A program made the position numbers and the translations under genes. Under the pieces are notes generated by a model. That model saw nothing but the letters and a program-made list of their open reading frames with translations, did no database searches and was not told the DNA's origin. From Pelagomonas calceolata (Eukaryota), in contig CAKKNE010000003.1 in NCBI GenBank assembly GCA_918797485.1, positions 4,960,001 to 5,024,000 of the forward strand: 64,000 nucleotides of DNA, given 5' to 3'. Position 1 is the stretch's first letter; the number at the start of each line of letters is the position of its first letter. Below, in pieces: positions 26,002 through 37,587 of this stretch.

Positions 26002-26773
26002 ACTTGTCCATGTATCGCCATCATCTTCAGTCAGTGCCTCCGCGAATCGCGAAACCCTGCCGATTGGCAAATTGCGCTCGTAAAAACACTATTCAAGAAG
26101 GGCGACAGACATTCGTGGAAAAATTACCGGTTGATCTCGCTCCTCTCCGTTGTGGGTAAATTGTACGAATCGGTCCTCGCGAACCGTCTGTCGTGCCTGT
26201 TAGACGGCTGCGACCGCCGCGGCGACCATCTGCTATCGCAATTTCAGGGTGGCTTCCGTCGCGGACGGAGCTGTCAGCACCAGAGTTGGGTCCTGTCGGA
26301 ACTTATAAAATCGAACGCACGCCGCGGGAAGAAGACCTACGTGGCGTTTCTCGACGTCCGGAAGGCCTACCCCACGTGCCGCCGCGCCGCGATGTTGGAA
26401 CGTCTTTACGCGAAATTGGCGGCCGCGCCTGGCGGTTCGGAGAATCACCGCCCGAAGCTCTTCTCAGCCGTAGCCACGATGCTTCGAACGGAGAATTGCC
26501 GCTCGAAGGTCGTGGTGGACGGCGCCGAGTCCGCCGAATACACGGTGGGCCACGGCCTACGTGAAGGGGCCGTGTTGAGTCCCGTCCTGTACGCGGTTTT
26601 CATCGACGATATTGCGCGTCGCCTCGAGGCGTCGTTGGGGGATAAGTTGCCCCGGGAGATTGAAAATCCGTTGTATCGTTATCTCATTGCTATTTCGAAG
26701 CTCCGGTTGGGCATCCTGACCGAGCGGGGAGAAGGCTCCTAGGAGCTTGTTCCTTTTTTAGGTCTTCCTTAAT

Positions 26774-26804
<31 letters not shown>
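26002..26804 (+). mobile_element. Internally deleted non-LTR retrotransposon: partial RT joined to the 3' end and (TTTA)n tail
   Basis: KKGD..NYRLISLLSVVGKLYE, QGGFR.GRS, FLDVRKAY and GLREGAVLSP motifs. The RT stops before YADD. The tail is at 26773-26804. Confidence 0.88.
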
Positions 26805-26881
26805 TACTGCGGTACCTACGGTACCGTAGGTAGGTACCGTAGGTACCTACCTACGGTACGCGCAAAGGAGCGTCATCGCAA

Positions 26882-29870
26882 ATGAGTGCTACATACCCCG
26901 ACGAACCGGCACATCGCGCGTTCGCGCTCGGCGAAGCCGTGCACGACGAACCGACACATGGCTCGCCGGCCGGCGCGACGGCGGAGCAGCTCCTGGCGGC
27001 CCAGATCGGCCGCCACGCGCCGATCTCGACGCCGCTGGGCGTCAAGCCGCTGGTGTACGCGGACTGGACCGCGTCGGCGCGCGCGCTGGCGCCCGTCGAG
27101 GCCTTCCTGGCGCGCGAGGTGCTGCCGGCGTACGGCAACACGCACACCGCCGCGTCGACGTGCGGCGCGCAAGCGTCGTCCTTCGTCGCCGAGGCGCGCG
27201 CGCGCGTCGGCGAGTTCTGCGGCGCGCGGACGCACGGCAAGGCGGCGTCGGACGTCGTGCTGTTCTGCGGCCACGGCGCGACCGCGGCGACGAACCGGCT
27301 CGTGCGGATCCTGGGCGTCGACGCGGGGTGGGTGGCCGTCGTCGGGCCCTTCGAGCATCACTCGAACACGCTGCCGTGGCGCGAGGCGGGCGCGGTCGTC
27401 GAGCGAGCGCCGGCGAGGGACGGCGCCGTGGACCTCGACGCCCTCGCCGAAATGCTGGCGCGCCACGCCGGAGCCGCGTCGGACGGGCGCGTCGTCGGGT
27501 GCTTCTCGGCGACGTCGAACGTGACCGGCATTCGGACGGACGTCGGCGCCGTCGCGGAGCGTCTCAAACGAGGGCGGGCCCTGGCCGTCTTCGACTGGGC
27601 GACCGCCGCCGCGCACCACCCGCCGAGACTCCACTTCGCCGGCGGCGTCTCGGCCGACGCGCTGGTGTTTTCGGGCCACAAGCTGCCCGGCGGCGTCGGC
27701 GCGCCGGGCGTGCTCGTCCTGCGCAAGGAGCTGATCCGCCGCGATCGCGCGCCGGCCGAGCCGGGCGGCGGCACCGTGTTCTTCGCCTCGCCGCACGGAC
27801 ACCGCTTCCTCAGCAATCGCGTCGAGCGCGAGCAGGGCGGGACGCCCGACGTCGTCGGCGCGAGCCGCCTGGCGCTCGCGACCGCGACGGCGCGCGCGTG
27901 CGCGCGCGCGCCGGACCGGGACCGGGCCGCCGTCGTGGCGCGGCTGCGGGCGCTCGCGCCGCGGGGCGTCCTCGTCGTCCTCGGCGGCGCCGGCGCCGGC
28001 GCGCCGATACTGAGCCTCCTCGTGCGCTGCGGGCCGGCCTGGCTCCACCACAATTTCGTCTGCCAGCTCCTAAACGACCTCTTCGGCGTCCAGGCGCGCG
28101 GCGGCTGCCAGTGCGCCGGGCCGTACGCTCACGACTTGCTGGGCTTGACGCGAAGCGCCAGCGACGCCGTCCAGAGCGCGCTGCTCACGAAGCGCACCGA
28201 CCGCGAGCTCTTGCGACCGGGCTTCGCTCGCGTCGCGGGCTGCGTCGGCACGAAACGTCCGCGGGGCCTTGAAACGCGACGGACGCGCGGGTGGACGCGG
28301 CCGTCGAGGCGCCTCGGTCCGGCCGCGGTGATTCCGTTCCCCCGCGCAGGTCTCGATCGGCGCGACCGCCGCGTGGCACTCGGACGAAGAGGTCGAGTAC
28401 GTCCTCAAGGCCGTCGCGCTCGTCGCCGAGCTGGGCTGGCGCGCGCTGCCGCTTTACCGCGCCGAGGCTCGGACGGGCGAGTGGCGCCACCGGAGCCGCT
28501 TCTCGAAACCGCTCGGCGACGCGCGGCGCTGGCTCGGGGCCTTCGACTTCCGGACCGACGCGCGGCCGACGCCGCCGGCGCAAAGGCCCGACTTTGAAGG
28601 GCTGCTCCGGGACGGGAAGTCGTTCTTGCTGGACTGCGGCGACGAGGGCCTCGCGGCCGACGACGAAGCCGAGCCGCTCCGCTGGTACGCGACGCCCGCC
28701 GAGGCGGCGGCGCGGCTCCGGACCGGGGCGCTGCGCTGGCCGCCCGACGCGGGCGACGCCCGCGGCCCGCTCCGACCGCCGGACGCCGGTCCGTTCGCGG
28801 CACCCTTTCGCGACGACGGCCGCGTCGGGCCGCGCCGCGACGGCGAGGCCAAAAAGGGGCTCCGCGGCGTCGCGACGGACCGGGACGCGACGGTCTTCGC
28901 CGCCGCCGGCGCGGCGGCGGTCCCATCTCCGCCGCCGTCTCCGCCTCGGCCGCCGTCTCCGCCTCGGCCGGCGCCGCCGGCGGCGACCCGGGCGCCGGTC
29001 GCCGCCGCGAAGACGCCGCCGAAGAAGCTTATGCGGGCGATAGGTGAGGCGACGCGGGATTTCGCGCTCATCAAAGACGGCGATCGCGTGCTCCTGGGTC
29101 TCTCCGGCGGCAAGGACTCGCTGAGCCTGCTGCACGCGCTCCTCGCCCTGCAGAAGCGCGCCCCCATCCGGTTCGAGCTCGCGTGCGCGACGGTCGACCC
29201 CGTGACGCCGTCGTTCGATCCGAGCCCACTGATCCCGTACGTCCGCGCCCTCGGCGTGCCGTACTTTTACCTCCGCGACCACATCGTCGACTACGCGGGC
29301 GCGGTGAAGCCGACGTCGCTCTGCGCGTACTGCGCGCGCATGAAGCGCGGCGCGCTGTACACGTGCGCGGCGCGCGAGGGCTACAACGTGCTCGCGCTGG
29401 CGCAGCACCTCGACGACCTCGCCGAGTCGTTCGTCATGGGCGCGCTGCACAACGGCCAGCTCCGGACGATGCGCGCCAAGTACGTCGCCGAGCGCGGCGT
29501 CACCGTCATCCGGCCGTTGGTGTACGTGCGGGAACACGTGACGCGGGCCTTCGCCCGCGACGCGGGCCTGCCCGTGATCAACGAGAACTGCCCGGCGTGC
29601 TTCGAGGAACCCAAGGAGCGCGCGCGCGTGAAGAAAATGCTGGCGCGCGAGGAACAGCTCTTCCCAGCCATCTACAACTCGCTCCGTCGCTGCCTGACGC
29701 CGCTCATGGACGACGCGCTGTACCCACACATCCGCGAGTCGACGACGAGCATTGCCGCGAGGCGCGTCAGACGCCGACCCCGGAAGGTGATCGAGCCGCC
29801 CCGCGCACCGCCGTCGCCCCGGCGACCCGCGCTGCTCGGCCGTCTCCGCGACCTCCTCGGTTCTCGGTAG
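26882..29870 (+). CDS. Fusion protein: class V PLP aminotransferase/cysteine desulfurase-like domain plus TtcA-family tRNA thiolase (PP-loop); GT-AG intron 28232-28349
   Basis: N-terminal YADWTAS, YGNTH, EHHSN, SGHK, GGTP and RGGCQCAG. C-terminal LSGGKDS, SLCAYCARMKRG, AQHLDDLAE, IRPL and NCPACF. After splicing the frame is continuous into ORF 28626..29870. Confidence 0.88.
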
Positions 29871-30478
29871 GCGCGCATCCCTTTCAATTTCGCGTAAGAG
29901 AGAGGGGGAAGCTCTAGTACTTATAACGTACAGCGGGCCGCCTAGCTCCGAGGACCGGCCGGGACGCGTGCTAGAAAAATACCCCTATCCTTACCCTAGT
30001 AGTCCCTATTCCCTCCTAGACTATTAAGAACGCGTATGAGCACAACCTCTCTCCGTATTTTAGTACCACGGGGTCTGGCAACTAGGGAATCAGTGCAAAG
30101 CACTGCCGTGCTCCTAGCAACGCGTGATTAAAACAGCCTGAGAGGAAATTCTTCCAAACGATGCTGGGTGTTCACCGAATAAGTGAGTTTAGGTTTTCTA
30201 CACCGGAGCGCGCGCGGCAGGGATTAAGAAGGGGAGGGGGGTATCCTAGGATACAAAGCACTCGGCTCCACTAGAAGTTCCACTAGTAATATCCATCATT
30301 AGTACCGGAGAGGAACCATCCGTATACGTAACTAGGGTATCATAGCACAATCGCTTCATCCACCACACCGCCTGGTTAAGGTTGATGAAACAATTATTAA
30401 CTGTTTAAAAAAGCTGTCACGCGGTACCCTCCTTATATGATATAACCGGCTCACGAGCACACACAATCAAGCCGGGGA

Positions 30479-33400
30479 CTAGACACCGGGCGACGCTGAT
30501 CGACGACCCGTCCTCGCCGGCCGCAGTTCCAGGCGGCACACGGAGCGCGTCAAGGGGTAGGTCCCGAATTCGTCGGCGAGCCGGTCGACGCAGGCTCCGC
30601 GCAGCTCGGTCCAGTTCCTGTGTGACATCGACCAGTGAGTCGAGTAACCACGTCGCGTCGATGGCGTGGGCGTCCGACGTTCGAATTCCACACAGTCCAG
30701 TTCTTCACGTCGAGGTGCATCTCGCCCGACTGCGAGCCGTTGACCGCGACCGTGTCGAGGTCGAGCGCGTCCTTGGTCGGGAGCTCGAGCCAGATCGGGG
30801 GCGTGCGCGGGTGCCGCGTCGCGTGCAGCCAGTGAAGCGTCATGTCTTCGCACGTCGGGCGGTGGCCGTCGTCGATGAACCGCCGCGACGCCGCCGGGAC
30901 GGCGGTCGCGAACGCGGCGACGGTGTCCGGGGAGACGACGGACGTTTTTCCCGTGAGCATGTTGTACTGGTACTCCACGAGGTTCCCACCCTTGCGGTCC
31001 GGGTTCGCGTAGAAGCCGGGCGCCACGTCGCTGTAGAGGGCGATGCGCCCCTGGAGGCCGAGGACGGCGTCGGGGAAGAGCACGTGGACGGCCGAGAACG
31101 CGCGAAGCGCCTTGCGCGAGTAGCGGACGTCGTCGTCCTGGAGCAGGACCGCGGGAAACTGGGAAAGCTTCTCCGGAGACGCGTAGCGGTTGAGCAACGT
31201 GTTGCGCTCGAACGCGACGACCTCGACGTCGACCGAGAACTTTGGGTCGCCCTTGTCTGGGGGAACGTGCGCACAGTCGATCACCGGCGCGGGCGCCGGA
31301 CCGTTCCACTGGACCAGCACCTTCCCGACGACGGCGCCGAGGCTCGCGTAGTGGCACGCGGTCGCGCGAAGGCGCGATACCTCGGACGGGAGGTACGACA
31401 GCACGGCCACGGACAGGCGCGGCGGTTTCGTCGGAGGCGACAGGCCGCGGACGCACGCGGCGGGCACGTTCGAGATCTTTCGCTCGTAGCCGCGGCACCG
31501 GCAGTAGCGGGCGACGGCTCGCGTCAGCGCGAGCCACCACGCGTCGGTGTCGCCGTCGGCCGGCTTGGGCCGCGCCGCGCGCGGTGGGTGGAACGGCACG
31601 ACGCCCGACGCGCGCGCCGTCGCCTTGAGATGCGCCTTGAGCGACTGCGTCGTGGGCGCGCCGAGGCACGTCGGGATCTTGTCGGGGGTCTCGGCGAACT
31701 CGGCGCGCATGACCTCGACGGGTCGCCGCTCCTGGCCCAGCGCGTACGGCTTGACGTCGAGCCGCGCCGCGCGCGCGGTCCGGCTCTCGGCCGCGCCGAG
31801 AACGTCGAGCATCTCCTGCGTGGCCTTGGCGACGCGACCCGCGTCCGTCACCCGCTTCGCCAGGTAGCTGTCGAGGTCGCCCCACCACTTGAAGTGCGCG
31901 ACTTCGGCCCACCGCTCGACGGCCTCGCAGCGCGCGGACGGCAACGTGAAGTGTTCGGCGTGGTGCCCGCCCTTGTCCGAGTTCCACGCCGTCTGGGGGC
32001 TGCCGAAGCGCCGGTACGCGACGGCCTTGTTGGCTCGGCACTCCGCGCACCGCGCCGTGATCGCCGATCGCACGGGAAACTGTTTCCAGATGGACGGCGC
32101 GGCCCGCGGGGCCTCGAGCGACCCGCCCTTCCGACTCCGGTCGACGGTGTAGCCGGCCAGGACGGTGAAGCCGCCCGCGGCCAGCTTCGTCAGGTGCGCG
32201 GCGAGGGTCCTCGACGGCGCGCCCCCGCCGAGGGGGCTCGGCAGGATCGGAAACTCGTCGACGTCGGCCAGCGCGATCCAGCCGCCGCGGCCCGGCGTGG
32301 CCGCGAGGCGCGCTTCAAGGAACGCCGGCACCTTGAGCACGCGGTCGAATCGCCGCCGTTTCTCCGCGCTCGTAAAGTTCGTCGTGGTCCAGTTGAAGAC
32401 GTTCGCCGCGGGGACGCCGGCGGCGCGCAGGACCGCGTGGATCGGATCCAGCGCCCCGCGCCGCGTCGCCGTCGTCGGTGCGTTCGAATTCACGTCGACG
32501 AGCACGTTCGCCGCGCGCACGCCCAACTCGCCGATCCAGTGCGCCAAAAAGTGCGGCAACAGCGCGAGATGGTCGTCCGCCGAGACGACGACGTACAGGG
32601 CGACGACGTCCTCGCCCTCGTCGCACCCGTCCCAGCACCCGGGCTCGGGCGCCGCGTCGCCGCGGCCGTCGTCGCACGCGTACAAGTGGCGCTTTGGCTC
32701 CTTGACGAAGACGCCGCGGGCCGTCTTCTCCGCCTCCTTGCCCAGGCGCGCGTACATGTCGAACTGGAACCTCGCCTTGGCGGCGCGCTGCGCGCGGAGC
32801 GCCTGCAGGCGCAGGTCGACGTGCGCCGCCGCCGCCTTGAAGAACTCGCTTCTCGCGAGAACGCCGTCGCCGTCGCCGTCCAGGCCCGCGAAGGAATCGC
32901 GGAGCGCCGCGCCGCGCGCCGCGAGCCCCGCGACGGTCGGATTCTTGTTGTTCGCCACGCGCAGTCGCTTGTCGTCGCCCGCCCGCCGCGCGTTCCACGC
33001 CTCGAGCGTCTTCGCCGTGACGGGGGCCTGGGCGGAAATCAAATGTGGGGGCGCCGTCGTGCTGAATCATCGCGTAAGTTATCTGCTCGACGGCGCGGCG
33101 GTGCGGGTCGCTTACCGCTCGGGGCAGCCAGCGCGGCCGCGTCGTCGCCGAGACGCGAGTTTCTTGAAGTGCGCCCGACTCATCGGTTGAGTTCCGCACG
33201 GCCGGGGGCGCCGCCGCGCGCGACGTAGGCCCAGGTCTGGTTCAAGAGACTCTTCTCGGCCCGCAGGAACTCCGCGTCTTGGCGCGCGGCGACCTGCGCG
33301 GGCGCCTGTCCTGGCGCGCCCCGCCGAAAGAGGAAGACGCGGGCCGCGACGCGCGTCTCGGCCGTCTCGCCGCCCGCGAGGATCTTGCCGTAGACGTCGC

Positions 33401-34250
33401 GCTTCCGCCGCGCGAGGTCGTAGGCGCGGCGGGTGAACCGATAGTGCGCGAAGGGGTAGCTCCGGTTGCCCGCGGGCGCGCAGTGCTTGGCGCGCCGGTC
33501 CTTGGACCGGAGGTTGACGCAGTAGAGGTTGTGCGACGACCGGTAGCGGACGCGGAGGCCGTCGCGGTCCACCATCGGCGTGAGCATTTGCTTGAAGTGA
33601 TTCGCCTGGAGGTGGCGTCCCGTCACGCGGCACTGAAGCGGAAACTGCGCCGGGAGCGCCGGCGCGCCGGCGCCCGGCGCGACGACGTCCCTGAACTCCC
33701 AGTTCGCGGCGATGCGCTCCACCATGTGGCCGTGGACCGCCCCGTCGCGCGCGACGACGGCCTCGACGTCGCAGGGGTACGCGAAGAACTCGTCGCTGTC
33801 GGGGTAGACGAGGAGCGCGTCGCGGGGCAGCGAGTCCATGAACGCGTTGGCGAGCGCCTGCTTGACGGGAGACGAGTACGTCTCGGTCGCGTTCACGCCC
33901 GCGACGCGGGCGAGCACGGCCATGGTGGCTTTCGCGCGCGGCGCCCCGGCCTCGCCGCGCGGCACGTGCACCCAGACGCGCGTCCGCGCGGGGCTGCGGA
34001 GGTCGACCCCCAGCGCCTCGTACCACGCGACCCAGTGCGCCAGCATGGCCGGTTCGTCCATCGTGACGAACGCGAAGAACGCCAGGCGCTTGCGCAGGCT
34101 CTTGGGCAGGGGCCGCGGCGCCGCTGCCGCGCACGCCGCGTCGGGCGCGCCGGCCCGCGCCATCCACGGCGTGCCCATCTCGAGGTACTCCTCGAAGCAT
34201 CGTACCACGCAGCCTCGCAGCAGGAGGATGGTGGCGGCGACGCCCCTCAT
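30479..34250 (-). CDS. Secreted or Golgi multi-domain glycosyltransferase: two GT-A (GT2/GT92-like) domains, an EF-hand loop and a GT64/EXTL2-like domain; introns 33028-33209 and 30618-30703
   Basis: Signal-like N-terminus. MLAHWVAWY..LG with YPDSDEF, then DGDGDGVLARSEF, then LLPHFLAHW..LG with ADVDEF, then VQWN, LLNRY, LQDDD, CEDM and R.AC...FG.YPL. Confidence 0.75.
30618..30695. mobile_element. Introner element with a probable GA donor
   Basis: Perfect TSD TCCAGTTC at 30610-30617 and 30696-30703. TIRs CTGTGTGACATCGA / TCGAATTCCACACAG. Confidence 0.85.
33028..33201. mobile_element. Introner element, the longest clear copy in the window (174 bp)
   Basis: TSD ACGGGGGC / CCGGGGGC (7/8). TIRs CTGGGCGGAAATCAA / TTGAGTTCCGCACGG. 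Confidence 0.85.
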
Positions 34251-34364
34251 TTTTTGGGCTGCCTCCCCTTTTTTTTTTGTATCGATAGAGCCGAGTAGCA
34301 ATCCCGAACCTATGTAAGGCTGACTCAGGTCTGTCAGCTATGTTTGGTATCCTAGCAGCAATAT

Positions 34365-34457
34365 CGTCACACCTAGTGGCTCGCTGCAAGATACTTTCTT
34401 ATACTTGCTCGTGTCCCATAGCGCTCCGATTGTGAGAGCGCAGGACAAAGGAGCAAG
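34365..34457. repeat. 93-bp dispersed repeat, copy 1
   Basis: Near-identical to 51290-51382. Confidence 0.9.
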
Positions 34458-34785
34458 CCTGCCCGGGCCGGGCCAGAGTCTGAGAATTTTTGGCCCGCCC
34501 ACCCTCCGAGTCCCTTGGTTTGTTTTGGCGCTATCCTAGCAACGGCCTCTTTTCCACTTATAAATCTCCCAAATTTTATCTTAGCTTCACTATCCTAGTC
34601 TCATTTATCTTGGTTAGATACCCGGATAGAATAGGCCTAGTGAATACCTACGGTACCGTACCACGCCGTACCTAAGTTCATGTGAAAGCGTCCGGCATAA
34701 ATGGGCGCTGGGACCTAGTCGGCCAGACATCAGGCTGCAGAAAGTAGGGCCAGACACAAATATATTGCGTTTGTTGCTCAATTAT

Positions 34786-35349
34786 ATGAAGTCCGACGAC
34801 CCCTCACAGTATGTTGACCTCGCCTCGCAGCGATACGATAGTGGCCGGAATGAGCCCGAATTATGGTCCCACGATGGCTATGAGACGTTCTCCAAGCTCC
34901 CCCCCAAGCAGTTCCAGCCGTACGTGCGCGGAGGCCCCGGTCGCGGGCGCGACAGCAGCCGACGCGGCCGCGAGGACCGCGACCGCGTGCCTTCTCGTCG
35001 TCCGCCGGAGCCTCCGCGCGGGTGGGGCCGCGCCCGAGGCTTCGACGAGCGCGACGTACGGCGGCGAGAGTCGCGCCCGTCGCCGCCCCCTCGCGGGCGG
35101 CGCTCGTCGCCGTACCGCTACCGGCCCGGCCGCGACGCTGAAGCTGGCGCGCCACGACGGCGGAACGGCTTCGCGAGCCGCAGCCCGCCCCGAAGCCGGC
35201 CCCGAAGCCGGCCTCGTAGCCGATCCCGCAGCCGCAGTCGACGAGGGCGGGGCCGCACGTCCCGCCTCCGCAGCAGCTCGAGTTCCAGCAGCGCGCGGGT
35301 GCCCCCGCCACACGGCCGTCGAGGCTTGGCGCCGCCGCCGCGCGCCTGA
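34786..35349 (+). CDS. Small Arg/Ser-rich (RS-domain) protein
   Basis: ATG-initiated ORF with a W.HDG motif and RSRSRSR runs. Confidence 0.5.
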   Translation: MKSDDPSQYVDLASQRYDSGRNEPELWSHDGYETFSKLPPKQFQPYVRGGPGRGRDSSRRGREDRDRVPSRRPPEPPRGWGRARGFDERDVRRRESRPSPPPRGRRSSPYRYRPGRDAEAGAPRRRNGFASRSPPRSRPRSRPRSRSRSRSRRGRGRTSRLRSSSSSSSARVPPPHGRRGLAPPPRA

Positions 35350-35927
35350 CTTCGTTGCCCTTTCGCAAATGCGCATGGGAGATACCGTGAGGATCCGTGG
35401 GGGGTACTAGGGCCACTGGCAGTAGTAGTCTAGGGTGCAATTTACGTGGAAAAAAACGCGTAAGTTACACGTAAAGCACCGCTACAGGAGATCCCACGTA
35501 AAAAACGGCGTAAAAAAGGAGGTATCCAAAAGTCCTTCCAGGGCTCTTCCCGAAGCCGGCGCTAGCGGCCCTTTAAGACTCCGAGTCTAGCTCGCGATCA
35601 GCATGTGGCAACCTAGAATACCGGCGGCCGGCGTGAGCGGGAGGTCTCTCGGGGTGACCAGCCTGAGAGGGGTGATTCATACGCATGTAACTTGTCATTT
35701 AGACGCTGGCAACCCTATAATACCTAGGTACCTACGGTACTTAAGTAGACGGGTTTTCAAGCTGTCGAGTATAGACACGACTCCTCCGCTCCGAGAAACC
35801 CAGGGTAAACCCGAATTTACGTCGCAAAAAGCACCTAGACGTGTTAGCGGCTCGGAAGGCGTGCTCTAAACGCGACAGGTTTTCAAGTTGGTCTGGAACC
35901 TTACACTGGGTCCCTCGCGCCGAGACC

Positions 35928-37407
35928 TCACGCCGTCGCCGGCGCGTCCAAGCGGACGAGGAGCGCCGCGATGCCGGTCGCCAGCGTGTCTCGAAGCTGC
36001 TTCGAGTCGAGTTCCAGGTCCAGGCTCTCGCGGGGCCCGTCGCCGACGAGGCTGAGACACGCGTTGGGCGACGCGTCGACGGACGCCTGGCGGCGGAAGA
36101 CGGCCGTCGTCTTGCCGCGCACGAGCCGCACGCCGCGGACGAGCGGAAATCGCTTCGCGGCACCTTTACTTCCGGACTTCTTCGCGCCCGCCGGGCCCCA
36201 CGCGAGCTCGTCGGTGCGCGGGTCGAGAAACAAGCGCCGCGCCTTGGGGTTGCCGGCGCGCCCGTGCTTGCGGCAGTCGACGCCCGCCACGAGCCTGGCG
36301 CGGGTCTCGGTCGCCGCCGCGCGCGCCAGGTCCTCCTCCAGCTTGGCCGCGTGGAGGCGTTCCGACTCGGCGCGCGCGGCCGCCTCCGCCTCGGCGCGCT
36401 CGAGGTCGAGGCGCTCGCGCCGCGCGTCGGCCTCGGCGCGCGCGGCCTGCGTCGGAACGCGCGCGTTGCCATGCGGCCGCGGGCGGGGCCGCTCTCGGTC
36501 CCGACGGGCGACGCGGTCGATATGCGTGAGGGGAGCGCCGGCCGGCGCGCGCGACGCGGCGACTTGAGCGGAAGGCGCCTCGAGGACCCGCGCGGCGCGC
36601 GACGCGTTCGCGCTCGCCCCTCGCCCGCTCCTCTTCGCCGCGGCGCCGCTCCTCCAGGACGCATTCGTCGACCTTTTTGCGTTGCTTCTTCAGCTCCTCC
36701 TCGAGGACGTAGGCTCGTCCGCGGTGCTCGTTCGCGAGCTTCTCCTTGTCGGCCAGCTTGTCGCGGGCGGCTTGCTCCGCCTCGGCCGTCGTCCTGAGCC
36801 GGTCCCGCAGTTCGGCGTTCTCGGCCTCCAGCGCCGCGACGCGCCGCGCGAGCGCGTCGCGCGCCGCCGCGTGGTCGTCGCGCTCCCGCAGAAATTCGGC
36901 GCGCGCGGCGTCGCGCTCCGCGGCGCCGGCCCGCACGAGCTCCGCCGCCGCCGCCTCGGCGTCGCGCGCGGCCGCGAGCCGCGCGCGGCTCTCGTCCAGC
37001 TCGTCGCGCAGGTGCCGGATGCCGTCGCCGAGCGCCGCGGCGTCGCGCCTCGACGCGTCGCGCTGCCGCTCGGCGGCGGCCGCGCGCGCGTCCAGCTTCG
37101 CGGCCCGCGCCTCGAGCTTGTCCGCGCGCGCCGCGGCCGCGTCGCGCTGCGCCGCGGCGGCGCGGTAGTTGCGCTCGAGGGCCTCGGCCTGCCGCGCGCC
37201 GGCGCGCATCTTCTCGACGACGTCGTCGAAGAACTGCTTGGCCCTGACCTTGGTGTCCAAGGTCCTCGCCGCGGCCGACGCCTCGACGGCCCGGAGCTCG
37301 TCCTCGCGGGCTGCGAGCAGCGCGGCGAGCTCGGGCGCCGCGTGCGCCGCCCCGGGGTCGTCGGGCGCCATCCAAGGGTTCCCGCTTTCCTGCTGCTGCT
37401 GGAGCAT
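35928..37407 (-). CDS. Coiled-coil protein with a C-terminal PH domain; intron about 36447-36624
   Basis: Heptad-rich N-terminus. C-terminal GVDCRKHGRAGNPKARRLFL..LAW, GKTTAVF and CLSLV...SLDLE resemble a PLC/Num1-type PH domain. The donor position is uncertain. Confidence 0.75.
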
Positions 37408-37587
37408 GGCCCCGACAAAATATTACCAGTCGCTGCCTAAATCGCTACGCCGCGGTGCTGCGACAAACGGAGACAACGTTGTCCGGGCCACCTTTATTAG
37501 TACCAGTTATTAAACCATACTACGGTATACTTTGTATCTGGATCGTACCTACGGTATCCCACGAGGCGGAGTGAGGATGTCACCTCG

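Noticed and set aside
26811..26859. GGTAC arrays as a CRISPR or telomeric repeat
   Set aside because: There are no unique spacers or cas genes, the unit is irregular, and the context is eukaryotic and interstitial.
26131..29870. RT next to the desulfurase-TtcA gene as a retron-like or functional RT system
   Set aside because: The RT is a non-LTR fragment lacking YADD and ends in a dispersed LINE tail, so the adjacency looks incidental.
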